The notes below the pieces were generated by a model, which was given only the letters and a program-made list of their open reading frames with translations, did no database searches and was not told the DNA's origin. A stretch of DNA of 64,000 nucleotides from a virus. The stretch is from IMG/VR virus record IMGVR_UViG_3300021420_000018, positions 1-64,000 of that record. One strand, given 5' to 3'. Within the stretch, counting starts at the first letter, position 1, and every line of letters begins with the position of its first letter. Positions 9,424 to 18,890 of this stretch are shown in pieces. Both the position numbers and the translations under genes were made by a program.

Positions 9424-9614
9424 TCCGCTGCCCTCCGGCCACACATTGGGCAGAACTTCGGAAGATCAATAGAATCGCCATCGTCATCTTCCACGATCCA
9501 TATGAACTCACAATTGCCGGCCGAACACAGGACATTTACGTATTCGCACAGATCGGCCGGCGCAGCTTTTGAAACCGTCAGCGTAGTTTCTTGGGCTAAG
9601 CGATTGCCAGGCAT
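9420..9614 (-). CDS. Small Zn-ribbon protein
   Basis: CSAGNC...PKFCPMCG; GAGGAG RBS. Confidence 0.55.
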   Translation of the reverse strand: MPGNRLAQETTLTVSKAAPADLCEYVNVLCSAGNCEFIWIVEDDDGDSIDLPKFCPMCGRRAAE

Positions 9615-10282
9615 GAGGGAAGCTCCTCGCAAAAGTTGCAGTTATCCTTGGTTATATGGCGGTTTACATGCCAGCGTATGTGTAAGGCGAATGGCAGATG
9701 TTTCGTGCCAGGCAATAAATTGTAGTTAGATATAGGATTGTGATTCAGTCTCAGCTTGCGGCTTATTCTCTCCCGCATTTCTTCGGAGCGATTCGCAGCG
9801 GCTGCAGCAATCTTTCGCCTCGTTTCATCCGACCTTGGCACTCTTCTGAGGGATAATTTAGGCACTCCTGTCTCAGACTCGCTTATTTTCTTCTTGTGCT
9901 CTTCGGAAAACGTTTTGCCTTTCATTGGCGAAATCCTGCCCTTTAATGAGGAACTCATCCTCGCACAGTGTTCAGGCGAAGATTTAAGCCCTAGCCGTGT
10001 ATGGCCCGCAACTAGAGATATGTTGTAGGCTGGTCGCTGATCTAGGTAATGCTGTTCACGCTCCAGCAAGTTACAGGGCTCAACGATTTCCACAATTTCA
10101 AACACGAATGCCGCCTCGCCATATTTGGCGTAGGCTCTTTGCAAAATGCCGGACGAATGAACGCCTCTGCGAAGAGTAGAAAGATGCTGCTTAACGCGGA
10201 GATGCCAGTCGTTCGTCGAGCCTACGTAAACCTTGCCATTAACTAGATTGCGTATCCGATATACTGCCGATATTCGTATCAT
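9596..10282 (-). CDS. GIY-YIG homing endonuclease with NUMOD3 repeats
   Basis: AVYRIRNLVNGKVYVGS; REQHY; SEEHKKKISES repeats. Confidence 0.9.
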   Translation of the reverse strand: MIRISAVYRIRNLVNGKVYVGSTNDWHLRVKQHLSTLRRGVHSSGILQRAYAKYGEAAFVFEIVEIVEPCNLLEREQHYLDQRPAYNISLVAGHTRLGLKSSPEHCARMSSSLKGRISPMKGKTFSEEHKKKISESETGVPKLSLRRVPRSDETRRKIAAAAANRSEEMRERISRKLRLNHNPISNYNLLPGTKHLPFALHIRWHVNRHITKDNCNFCEELPSCLAIA

Positions 10283-11070
10283 GGTGCCCATCGATGCCCA
10301 CAACTATTACAATGCCTCATGCCCCCGGCCATAGTCACAGCGGTACTTTTACATTCTGGACATTTCGCCTGCTGGAGAGGCACTCGCTCCGGACCGGGAC
10401 CAGGACTTGAACCAGATGGTCCCTGATAAGCTGCCTTATTACTCCTGAAGAGATATAAATAAAGCACGGAATCCACGTAGTGCTCGGTCTTGACGACTCC
10501 CTTATTGCGGAGCTCGGCCGCCCAACGCGCATCTTCGCCAGGCCCGCCGCGCATCGGCACGAGCAATGCGAGATCCCTGCGGATCGGATTCACGTGCGAG
10601 ATATCTCGATACCAGCCCTTGGAATCTCCGGACCATTCCTTGTAGCGCAAGGAATGAAACGTAGGAACTTGTTTCTCGCCGTCCATGAACATCTGCAGCT
10701 GGAACCCGATGTAATCGATCCCGTCCAGCAGCGGATAAATCGTGGACACGTAGTTGTCGGCCACAAGATCGTCATCGTCTACCTGCGAGACGTAAGTGCC
10801 TTTGGCCTGCTCGATCATCGCTTGACGGTTTGTGCCGAGATCCAATGCCTTCTCGAAGGGGCGCACAATGATTTCCACGTCGTCCATGCCGGCGACTTGC
10901 GGACGCAGTACGTCCATCAAACGCGCGAGCAGCTCCGTGCGGCTAGGGTCGTGCAAAACCAGAATCGACCACTTCATCTCGACCGGTTTTGGCTTCACTT
11001 CTTGCTTCGGCTTAGGTTTCGGCGTTTGCTCAGATTTCGGTTGCTCAGATTTCAGTGTTTGCTCAGCCAT
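10279..11070 (-). CDS. GT2-like glycosyltransferase with C-terminal Zn ribbon
   Basis: AKGTYVSQVDDDD; GED motif; CPEC...CNSC. Confidence 0.8.
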   Translation of the reverse strand: MAEQTLKSEQPKSEQTPKPKPKQEVKPKPVEMKWSILVLHDPSRTELLARLMDVLRPQVAGMDDVEIIVRPFEKALDLGTNRQAMIEQAKGTYVSQVDDDDLVADNYVSTIYPLLDGIDYIGFQLQMFMDGEKQVPTFHSLRYKEWSGDSKGWYRDISHVNPIRRDLALLVPMRGGPGEDARWAAELRNKGVVKTEHYVDSVLYLYLFRSNKAAYQGPSGSSPGPGPERVPLQQAKCPECKSTAVTMAGGMRHCNSCGHRWAP

Positions 11071-11749
11071 TCATCGCCTCCCTGAGTTTTTTAACATCAT
11101 CCATGCGTTGCGAAAGAGAGTTGCGCCATAACTGGCTGACGTTGTCTCGGTCATGGCGAGCTAATCGGTCTTTGGTCGTCTGATCTTCAGCAGACTTTCC
11201 GAACCAGTAATGCATGTGTTCGATTACGAACGGCACATACTTTCTGCGCCCTAGCTGTTCCGCACAAAAGTTTACCCAGGTATCTCCGTAATCGGAACTG
11301 AAAATCCCCGGCGTCAAATAGCCTAGCGTTTCGATCCAGCGTCTGTGCACGAAAGGGTGGACGCCAAACTCTCCATTGCTGCTCGGAAGGCCTGTGTCGC
11401 TGCCGTCCCTACCGTGCACCATCATGATCTTGTCTCGACAGCCGGCGAATGCATCTTCTACCATCAGGTCCCAACCTGGCGTTCTATAGATCACGTCATC
11501 GTTCGACTGTTGCAGCACGTCTCCTGTGGCATGTTTGGCGAGCTCGTTCCAGGTTTGCGAAAGAATAATCCTCGGGCCGATTTGGATATAAGAAACGCAG
11601 AGATTCGCGGCGCACAACGCAGTCGATGGGTCATCCTCATCCGCATAAACCAACACCTCTACAGGCTTTGCTACGGTGGCAAGAATAGAGATGATGGTGC
11701 GCTCCAGTTGAAAGGCCCTGCCTCGGGTGGGAATGAGAATGGATATCAT
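11063..11749 (-). CDS. GT2 glycosyltransferase
   Basis: MISILIPTRGR; NDD motif; paralog of 12375..13052. Confidence 0.8.
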   Translation of the reverse strand: MISILIPTRGRAFQLERTIISILATVAKPVEVLVYADEDDPSTALCAANLCVSYIQIGPRIILSQTWNELAKHATGDVLQQSNDDVIYRTPGWDLMVEDAFAGCRDKIMMVHGRDGSDTGLPSSNGEFGVHPFVHRRWIETLGYLTPGIFSSDYGDTWVNFCAEQLGRRKYVPFVIEHMHYWFGKSAEDQTTKDRLARHDRDNVSQLWRNSLSQRMDDVKKLREAMNG

Positions 11750-12378
11750 CAAAACCGATCGTTGCGCAAAAACAGATTGAAATCGAATACGTGAGTGACG
11801 GTCCACCCTGGCAGCATTGCGAGCAGCTCAGGACGGAGAGCTTGACCATCATACAACTCACGTTCCTCCGACTCGATGAACAAATAGCGCGTGCGTTTTA
11901 GTGCTGCCTGGCCGCCCTTAATCATGTCGCGCTCGGCACCTTGAATATCGACCCACAGCACATCGATGTGATCCAAGCCGGCCTTGGCAAAGATGGTGTC
12001 CAAATCGTAACAAGGAATCTTCTCGCCGAGTAAGCGGAAATCGTACCAGGGTTTTTCACGCAGATGGCCGGTTGGTTTACGTATTGATCCTGAGCCGCGG
12101 CCGTCCGACGTGTAGCAGGCCCAGAAGTCACACATGCCGGTATGGTCGCTGATGGCTCCCCAGATCGCCGTGGCCCCGATGTGGCCGGCGACGTTGGCGA
12201 CGGTTGCGAAGTTTTCTTTGTCAGCTTCGACCATGATGATTTCTGATTGGCGATCTCGAACGTAGCTAGCCATCCAGTTAGCGTCCTCGCCTTGATAGGA
12301 GCCAAGATCGACAATCACAGGGTCTTTGCAGTCTCTTAGAACCGCGCCGACTGCCAGCATTTCATTGTCAGAACTCAC
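11749..12378 (-). CDS. FkbM-family methyltransferase
   Basis: VDLGSYQG; VEAD; IDVLWVDIQGAE. Confidence 0.85.
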   Translation of the reverse strand: MSSDNEMLAVGAVLRDCKDPVIVDLGSYQGEDANWMASYVRDRQSEIIMVEADKENFATVANVAGHIGATAIWGAISDHTGMCDFWACYTSDGRGSGSIRKPTGHLREKPWYDFRLLGEKIPCYDLDTIFAKAGLDHIDVLWVDIQGAERDMIKGGQAALKRTRYLFIESEERELYDGQALRPELLAMLPGWTVTHVFDFNLFLRNDRF

Positions 12379-13052
12379 GACGGCCTCCAGCTCGAATCCA
12401 TCGCCGCTCGCAATGCTTCGCTTTCGCTCTCGCGCTCGCGGGCTGTCAGCTCGAAGGCCTTCCACGGCTCTTGCGCCTGGCGCCTCTCGTTTCCGCGGCG
12501 GTAGGTCTCATCAAGCGGAGCCTTGTTCCAGATAGGGTGAATGTGCTCGACGGTAAAAGGCACGAACTGAATGCGGTTGATTCTTTTGGCCACATCGTAC
12601 AGCCAGGTATCGATGTAGTCGGCGCAAAAGTACGGCGGGATCCACCGGCCTACAGTCTCGATCCAGCGGCGGTGAACGATTGGTGATGTCGGATATTTCG
12701 TGCCGTCCGGACCTCCGTCATTGCCAAAAACCATGAGGATTTTATCTGGACACTGTGCGAAGGCTCCTTCCACCATGCCGTCCCAACCAGGCGTGCGGCA
12801 GATTACATCGTCTGCAGAAGCCATCAGCAGATCACCGGTGGCAAACCGCAGAAGCGTATCCCAGTACGCGGAAAGCACGAGCTGCGGTCCGCGAATGATC
12901 TGCGCATCAAACAGCCGGCCATCGTAGGAGTGATCGTCGTAGTCCACGTAGCAGAGGATTTCCGGTTGCACGTTGCTGTGCAAACGGAAAGATTCGATCA
13001 GGCGAAGCAGTTCATTGGGCCGATTGCGTGTCGGGAATATGATCGAGATCAT
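12375..13052 (-). CDS. GT2 glycosyltransferase
   Basis: MISIIFPTRNR; ADD motif; TPGWD. Confidence 0.8.
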   Translation of the reverse strand: MISIIFPTRNRPNELLRLIESFRLHSNVQPEILCYVDYDDHSYDGRLFDAQIIRGPQLVLSAYWDTLLRFATGDLLMASADDVICRTPGWDGMVEGAFAQCPDKILMVFGNDGGPDGTKYPTSPIVHRRWIETVGRWIPPYFCADYIDTWLYDVAKRINRIQFVPFTVEHIHPIWNKAPLDETYRRGNERRQAQEPWKAFELTARERESESEALRAAMDSSWRPS

Positions 13053-13595
13053 TTATTCTGGCCGCGCGAATACGGCCAATCCTACTACGCTCGGCACCAG
13101 TAAGTGCGGCCAATCTCTGGCGCTCGCAAACGATTCGTACATCAAGTCAAAACCAAAGATAGCGTCATGCCAGCACACGATCCCACCCGGGGAGATATTG
13201 TGTCGATCCAGGCTCATGACTTCATTGATGCGGCAGTCTACGCCTCCGGAATCGATGTGGACAAAATCCATCATTCGAAAACTGCTCAACGTCTCTATTC
13301 CTGACTTCTCAATGACGGAGACAGGTAATCCCTCGAGACGCTTCATGGCTGGCTCGATCCTCTCTGGATCGATATCGCAGGTCGTCAAATGCCCAAAGCC
13401 GTTGTCGCGCAGAGCTCGGCCAATCCACTCGGCCGAATCGCCAACCAGCGTCCCTGTTTCTACACAAACATTCGGCTTGAGCACACGGACCAAGCCATAC
13501 AACAGTGCGCCGACTTCCTGTTCGACGCCGCGGCCAATCACCATGTCGTACAGTTCGCGCTTACGGGTCGCCGGCATCCGTGCGTACAGTTTCAT
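13053..13595 (-). CDS. Class I SAM methyltransferase (Methyltransf_24-like)
   Basis: VETGTLVG; DFVHIDS; PGGIVCWHD. Confidence 0.8.
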   Translation of the reverse strand: MKLYARMPATRKRELYDMVIGRGVEQEVGALLYGLVRVLKPNVCVETGTLVGDSAEWIGRALRDNGFGHLTTCDIDPERIEPAMKRLEGLPVSVIEKSGIETLSSFRMMDFVHIDSGGVDCRINEVMSLDRHNISPGGIVCWHDAIFGFDLMYESFASARDWPHLLVPSVVGLAVFARPE

Positions 13596-14203
13596 TGATG
13601 GGCGCCATTCTTAAGAAGTAGGTTCCAAGGAAACTCTTGCATTAGGACCCAACCTGGCAGCATGGCCAATAGCTGATCTCTCGTCGCCATGTTCTGATAG
13701 ACCGCGCGGTTGAATACTTCCATGAAAAGATAGCGGGTTCGGCTGATCGCCGCGCGCCCGTGATCGATCATGTCGCGCTCCGCTCCGTGGATATCGACAT
13801 AAAGAAGATCGATCTGGCCGATGTTATGACGGCTGCAAAAATCGTCGAACGTATAGCAGGGTACAGGACCGATTCCTGAAAACTCATCTGGCGGTACGCT
13901 CAGACCATCCAACGGCCTGTAAATAGAGCCGAACCCTCCGCCGCTAGAACGCGATCCCCAAAACTCGCAGATCCCGGTGTGGTCGGCAATCGCTCCATGG
14001 ACGGCCACGATCGGAAGCATTTTGGCTGTCAGGTCCTCGAAGTTGAGCGGATCGGCCTCGATGCAGAAAACCTTGGGGCGTCTCGACGCTTCGATCATCC
14101 ATTCCGTATCGCTGCCATCCTGGGCGCCGAGCTCTACGAGACAAGGGCTGTCGCGTTCGGCCAGGATCTTCGAGATTGCTGTTTGTTCTTCAGGATAGGT
14201 CAC
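13592..14203 (-). CDS. FkbM-family methyltransferase
   Basis: VELGAQDG; IEADP; IDLLYVDIHGAE; paralog of 11749..12378. Confidence 0.85.
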   Translation of the reverse strand: MTYPEEQTAISKILAERDSPCLVELGAQDGSDTEWMIEASRRPKVFCIEADPLNFEDLTAKMLPIVAVHGAIADHTGICEFWGSRSSGGGFGSIYRPLDGLSVPPDEFSGIGPVPCYTFDDFCSRHNIGQIDLLYVDIHGAERDMIDHGRAAISRTRYLFMEVFNRAVYQNMATRDQLLAMLPGWVLMQEFPWNLLLKNGAHQ

Positions 14204-15177
14204 TGGATAAGCGCTGCACTTGCCTTCGAAACCATGGCGAGCATTTGATCGAGCATGCCCTCGAGCGTGTACTTCTTGTGGACCAGCTCACAGCCGGCCT
14301 TGGCAATCTTCTCGCGCTCGTCGTCGTTCTGTAAATAATGGACGATCTGTTTTGCATTGTCGGCAAAGTAGCCGATGTCGTAATAAACGAGATGCTTTCT
14401 GTCTTCAAAGATGGAGAGGTTTTCCGCAGCATCCCCAAACAGCCGTGGTGCCATCAGAAACGTGCCGCAGCCCATTACGTCCCAACACTTCTCTACTAGC
14501 AATCTCGATAGTGGCGGCAAAAGGAAAAAACATTTAAGAGAACGGTAGTTCTCGGCGAGCAGCTCCGTGCTATCGCGCTCGCGGATCCCTGAGAGATCCT
14601 GCACGATCACAGGGCCGTATCGGAACGCCAGGTTGGGCGGCATGTGCTGAATCAGTCTGTCGAGATACTTCTTGCGGTCCCCATACATCGTGCCGATAAA
14701 GCCGAGTTCCCACAACTTTTGAGTCTGGATATGCGGCTTGAAAATAGTTGTGTCCGCTCCGAACGGCAACCATTGCCCGCCGTACTTCTTCGCGTCTTGC
14801 GCAGCAGGAAACGAATAATGGTGGGCCCACTTCAACAGCTCCGGCATTCTGGTTGGCAGCCCAAGATCGACGCGGTCCATCGATTCATCAAAGCGCGCGA
14901 TGATCGGAACTTTGATCTTCGACCAGGCCTCCCATCCATAGATTGCCGCCAACCAAGGAGTTGCGTATTCCGCGTAAGTTACTAGAATGCAGTCGCATTT
15001 GTTTAGGCCCTCTATCGATGGCATATGGAGGCGCACGTACTCAACATTCGCAACAGCATTACCTGGCAAAGAACAATTCAGAACCTCGTGACCCATGCGT
15101 TCCAAAGTCTCTCGATATCCGAAGAGACCGTAATGGCAGGCCTGCACGCTTCTTATCGTAAATAAGCAAACTCTCAT
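14200..15177 (-). CDS. GT-B glycosyltransferase (CgeB-like)
   Basis: WLPFGAD; GFIGT; WDVMGCG; EREKIAKAG. Confidence 0.8.
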   Translation of the reverse strand: MRVCLFTIRSVQACHYGLFGYRETLERMGHEVLNCSLPGNAVANVEYVRLHMPSIEGLNKCDCILVTYAEYATPWLAAIYGWEAWSKIKVPIIARFDESMDRVDLGLPTRMPELLKWAHHYSFPAAQDAKKYGGQWLPFGADTTIFKPHIQTQKLWELGFIGTMYGDRKKYLDRLIQHMPPNLAFRYGPVIVQDLSGIRERDSTELLAENYRSLKCFFLLPPLSRLLVEKCWDVMGCGTFLMAPRLFGDAAENLSIFEDRKHLVYYDIGYFADNAKQIVHYLQNDDEREKIAKAGCELVHKKYTLEGMLDQMLAMVSKASAALIQ

Positions 15178-15356
15178 GTTTGTCGCTGTCTGCGTATCGG
15201 CTTTCTGTAGGTTCCGTATGCGTTGAGCACGTGCGCGGTAGCATCCCCAACCGACATCGAAAGGCGGTAATGTCTAAACGCTTCCACGTCTCTCTCGTTA
15301 CGCAACTCAGCGGGAGGATTTATTTCCGAATCGTCGAGGACTATCCTGCGAGGCAC
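15174..15356 (-). CDS. Hypothetical protein, probably leaderless
   Basis: GTG 7 nt after the -10 box; RRIVLDD motif. Confidence 0.55.
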   Translation of the reverse strand: MPRRIVLDDSEINPPAELRNERDVEAFRHYRLSMSVGDATAHVLNAYGTYRKPIRRQRQT

Positions 15357-15362
15357 CGGCAG

Positions 15363-15404
15363 ATTCTAGAGGAGAGGAAAGGCGATTGCAACAATAAACG
15401 CTTA
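15363..15404 (-). promoter_or_regulatory. Sigma70-like promoter with operator, driving the glyco cluster
   Basis: TTGCAA-17-TAGAAT; TAAGCGTTTA at 15395-15404. Confidence 0.7.
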
Positions 15405-15893
15405 CTTCGCTGTCCAGCCGCTAGCTGTACTCCCACCCGATTCTTTCACCCAAGCCGTAACATTAGAACCGCCAGTAATGCTCGTGTAGATGGTGCCCAG
15501 GGGAGCTGAAACTACGCCTTGCGGAGATCCACTGCCACTGATAGGAAACTGCTGCTGCACGGCTGTCAGGCTTAAGCCAGGACCGGCGATCGTCATGCTC
15601 ACGGCAACGCCGACATTGTTGCCACCCGTCCAGTTTGCGGTGATCTGAAAATAATCGTACGTGTCAGAAAGGCTGATCGATCGCGTCGTGCCCGACGTCC
15701 CGTTGTAAGTATCCAGGAGCGCGACGACGCCAATAGAGTTCTTGCAACCCTCGACTTGGATCGTTAACGAACCAGGCGCGCCGGAAATCGTATAGGTGAT
15801 GCTGATCGCACCGCCGGATGCGATGCCGACAGTGTTTTGAACTGAGAAGGGATAACCGGATCGGACAATGCTGAACTGGGAGACTGATTGCAT
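15402..15893 (-). CDS. Virion accessory (decoration/fibre-like) protein
   Basis: C-terminal GSGSPQGVVSAPLGTIY...VKESG...GW motif typical of fibre/spike ends; downstream of capsid. Confidence 0.6.
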   Translation of the reverse strand: MQSVSQFSIVRSGYPFSVQNTVGIASGGAISITYTISGAPGSLTIQVEGCKNSIGVVALLDTYNGTSGTTRSISLSDTYDYFQITANWTGGNNVGVAVSMTIAGPGLSLTAVQQQFPISGSGSPQGVVSAPLGTIYTSITGGSNVTAWVKESGGSTASGWTAK

Positions 15894-15895
15894 TA

Positions 15896-16114
15896 TTAGG
15901 TCGCGCCAAGACCTTCGTCAATGATCCCCGGCTTCTGGCCGCCGTAAATATACGACTCGTAGTTTTTTAGGTTTTGCTGAGCCAACAATACGGCGTTCTG
16001 GGCGGCTACGTGGTTGGTGACGTTTGTATTAAGCGTGGCCATCGCTGCAGCAAGCGTCGCCTGCAAGGTGGCCAGCTGAGTTAGTTGCGCGGCATTTGGG
16101 ACGCGAGGTGCCAT
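15896..16114 (-). CDS. Small coiled-coil hypothetical protein
   Basis: In head operon; AGGTG RBS. Confidence 0.6.
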   Translation of the reverse strand: MAPRVPNAAQLTQLATLQATLAAAMATLNTNVTNHVAAQNAVLLAQQNLKNYESYIYGGQKPGIIDEGLGAT

Positions 16115-16176
16115 GATTTTCACACCTTACTTGAGGCGGCCGCCCGAGATGAACGACCGCCAACAAGCCTCCTGGT

Positions 16177-18099
16177 TTACGCCTTTACGGCGCCGTACTT
16201 CGCTTCGGCGCGTGCCAATGCACGGTCGAACACTTTACGGAATACGCGCTTGAGCAATGGGCTCTTTTCCACGCGCTTGGCAACACGCTCTCCGTAAGTG
16301 CTGTAGAGAGCCATAACCAGCTTCGCGAATGGACCAGTCTTCTGCCAATCGTTGACCAGCCACTTGCGGACCAAGTTGACGCGCGGACCGGTGAAGAAGC
16401 TCTCGCCGAAGACCACAGCGGCGATGTAGCACGGTACGAACGGTCCGATGCCGGTACGGATGGCGCTGACCCATGGCAGATAGTGTGCGAGAACTTCCTG
16501 GACATAGGTGCCAAACGTCCACTGTCTCGTCACAATCGGCCATTCAATCGCGTAATAATCTCTTTGGGTTAGGAACGCCGCAACAGCCGGGATGCGCGAG
16601 TGCGGGTAGGGATTCGTCTTGATGTTGTAGAACAAAGTGCCCTGCGGGAACATCGGGTGTAGCCGGACCGGAATAGCCGCGCCGCCCTCAGGGTTGATGC
16701 TGTACTTCGACTTGTAAGCGGTCACCATGAACCCGCCCATCAGTCCGCCCTGCTCATCGCGGGTGTACGGGAAGATGTAGCTGTTGGTGCCGGTCGAAGA
16801 ATAAACGATGGCCGATTCAAGTGAGGCGCGCACATCGGCAGAAACCCAGATCTCATCCGGTTGCGCCTGATAGTTGTTCCAGAGATTCTGCAGGTCGGTT
16901 TCGATTTCTTTGACCTGGCCGTTGCCGGCTGCGGTGAACGAGCCGCCGTTCATGTCCGTCCAGAATCCGTTCTGGAAAGCGTAGGTTCCCAGGCCGTCAA
17001 AGTCGGTAGCCTGGAAGCTGTTGTCCACGTTCAAGCCAGCGGCGTTTCCGAGCTGCGTGCCGGTGGCGACCGCGCTGATCGTGTAGCTAGGCCAAGCCGT
17101 GATTGCGCCTAGCTTGATGTTGCCGGTGGCTGCGGCGACGTTGACGCCCCAGAACCAGGCGTATCCAACAGCACCCTTCACGGCAGGCACCGACACGGCG
17201 ACCGTCTGGAAGGTGGAGTTCGTCGTGACGATCGCGGCCACGTTCGAAATCGCGCTCAAGCCGCAGCTTACGTTCGTCGTCGTGCCGTCTGCGTTCTGGC
17301 GCAGATAGTTGGTCGTTAGACCGTTGGCAACCGATGGCGGCGCAGCGTATCCAGCCTGACCACCAGGGTTCATACCGAACGGAGTGATGGCCACAACAGC
17401 CGCGACGACGTTCGCGCCGGTTCCGAGCACGCCAGTTCCAACAGCGAGCGCGGCCGTAACGTTGGGCGCCTGACCAAGTGCGTAACCGAGGTTTCCGGCA
17501 GCGGTTCCGGAGTTACCCCACAACGTCATCATCTCCTCTTGGAGGCGCAACCGAGCCAGGTTACGGAAATGTTCGTCCGCCAGGTTATCGGTGTAGCCTT
17601 CGCCGGCGAACTGTGCCGTGAAGGTCTCACCGGCGTCCATGCCCAACTCTTTATACGTCGCCAGGTAGTCCACTTCGTTCGGCGTGGCGATCGCATTACG
17701 CTGACCTTCGAGCAAGCCGGCGTAAACGAACGTGGAGTTCGGGTTTCTCGTTGCCTTCCAGTGGGCCGCGGTGCCGACGCCGGCATTCACGCGCCCCATG
17801 CGGGGGATCGATTGAATGAACGGCGTAAGCAAAGGGAACAGGAAATAGGCGGGGCCGCGAAGGTCGAAGAAGTTGAAGCCCGTCGCCGTCGTCAGTCCGG
17901 CCTTGATGAGTTGGCGACCGACCGCCTTGATCAAAGGATGGTCCAGCTTCCATTCCTTTGGAGGGATAGTCCCGCCCATGGTTGTGGGCATGGCTTTCTT
18001 CATCAGCTCGTCCAAAGGAGAGCCTGGAGCCATTTGCTTGGCCAAGTTGGCGCGAGCTTCCACCACATTGGCCTTATAAAGCGGTTGATCGATTCGCAT
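16177..18099 (-). CDS. Major capsid protein with C-terminal CFI-box-like domain
   Basis: Order protease-scaffold-capsid; AGGAG RBS; FFDLRGPAYFLFPLLTP; C-terminal CYIAAVVFG... domain. Confidence 0.8.
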   Translation of the reverse strand: MRIDQPLYKANVVEARANLAKQMAPGSPLDELMKKAMPTTMGGTIPPKEWKLDHPLIKAVGRQLIKAGLTTATGFNFFDLRGPAYFLFPLLTPFIQSIPRMGRVNAGVGTAAHWKATRNPNSTFVYAGLLEGQRNAIATPNEVDYLATYKELGMDAGETFTAQFAGEGYTDNLADEHFRNLARLRLQEEMMTLWGNSGTAAGNLGYALGQAPNVTAALAVGTGVLGTGANVVAAVVAITPFGMNPGGQAGYAAPPSVANGLTTNYLRQNADGTTTNVSCGLSAISNVAAIVTTNSTFQTVAVSVPAVKGAVGYAWFWGVNVAAATGNIKLGAITAWPSYTISAVATGTQLGNAAGLNVDNSFQATDFDGLGTYAFQNGFWTDMNGGSFTAAGNGQVKEIETDLQNLWNNYQAQPDEIWVSADVRASLESAIVYSSTGTNSYIFPYTRDEQGGLMGGFMVTAYKSKYSINPEGGAAIPVRLHPMFPQGTLFYNIKTNPYPHSRIPAVAAFLTQRDYYAIEWPIVTRQWTFGTYVQEVLAHYLPWVSAIRTGIGPFVPCYIAAVVFGESFFTGPRVNLVRKWLVNDWQKTGPFAKLVMALYSTYGERVAKRVEKSPLLKRVFRKVFDRALARAEAKYGAVKA

Positions 18100-18132
18100 T
18101 TTAAGTTCTCCTATTGGACTGCAAAGAAATCG

Positions 18133-18855
18133 TTACCCTTCGTCGTCGACCTTGATCAGGTGCTCGAACTGCAACGACACATTCGGCTTTGTCTGCATCG
18201 GCGGCTGGCCTGGGCGAGTAACAGCGGTCAAGCCAGAACCGTAAGCTGCCGGCGCAGCCGGGATCACACTCTTGACGCTGTCGGGCCTGATGTCATTGCC
18301 AAGAGCGCGCTGCACTTCTTGAACGATCGCGGCCTTGATGAAGTTAAGGGTGTCCGGATCGTTGTTCATCATTTCCCGAGCCTTCTGAACGAGCGCCATC
18401 TTGGTTTCGTCGAGCATCTGTTCGATGTTGGACACTGGAGCGCCAGCAGCGGCGGCGACAGCGTTAGCTCCGGCGGCTGCCTTGTGCGTAATGGCCGCGG
18501 TCGTGCCGCCCCACTCGGCTACGACGCCCTTCAGAGAGTCGAGATCGGCCTTCGCGACTTCCGCGCGGGCGCGCTCAGACTTCGCTCTTGCTTCGAGCGA
18601 AGCCGACAACGCTTTGAAACTTTCGGCGGCTTTGCCGTGCGCAGCCTTCGAGTCGTCATCATTGTCCTTGGCGTCGTGCGCATCCTTGTTGTCCTTGGCA
18701 AGAGCGGCAAACGCTTTGGACATGGCTTCACTTTGTTCGGCTTCACTCGTGAAGTACGCGATGTCCTTTTCCAGCTGTTCTGCCTGCTTCGCGAGGAAGC
18801 TGGCCATCGAGCGGCCGGCCTTTTCAAGGTCGTTAGGATCGGTCAACTTAAACAT
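18133..18855 (-). CDS. Putative capsid scaffolding protein
   Basis: Ala/Lys/Asp-rich helical protein between protease and capsid; AGGAGG RBS. Confidence 0.6.
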   Translation of the reverse strand: MFKLTDPNDLEKAGRSMASFLAKQAEQLEKDIAYFTSEAEQSEAMSKAFAALAKDNKDAHDAKDNDDDSKAAHGKAAESFKALSASLEARAKSERARAEVAKADLDSLKGVVAEWGGTTAAITHKAAAGANAVAAAAGAPVSNIEQMLDETKMALVQKAREMMNNDPDTLNFIKAAIVQEVQRALGNDIRPDSVKSVIPAAPAAYGSGLTAVTRPGQPPMQTKPNVSLQFEHLIKVDDEG

Positions 18856-18890
18856 GATGTTTCCTCCTGCCGCCCAAGGACGGCGAACTT

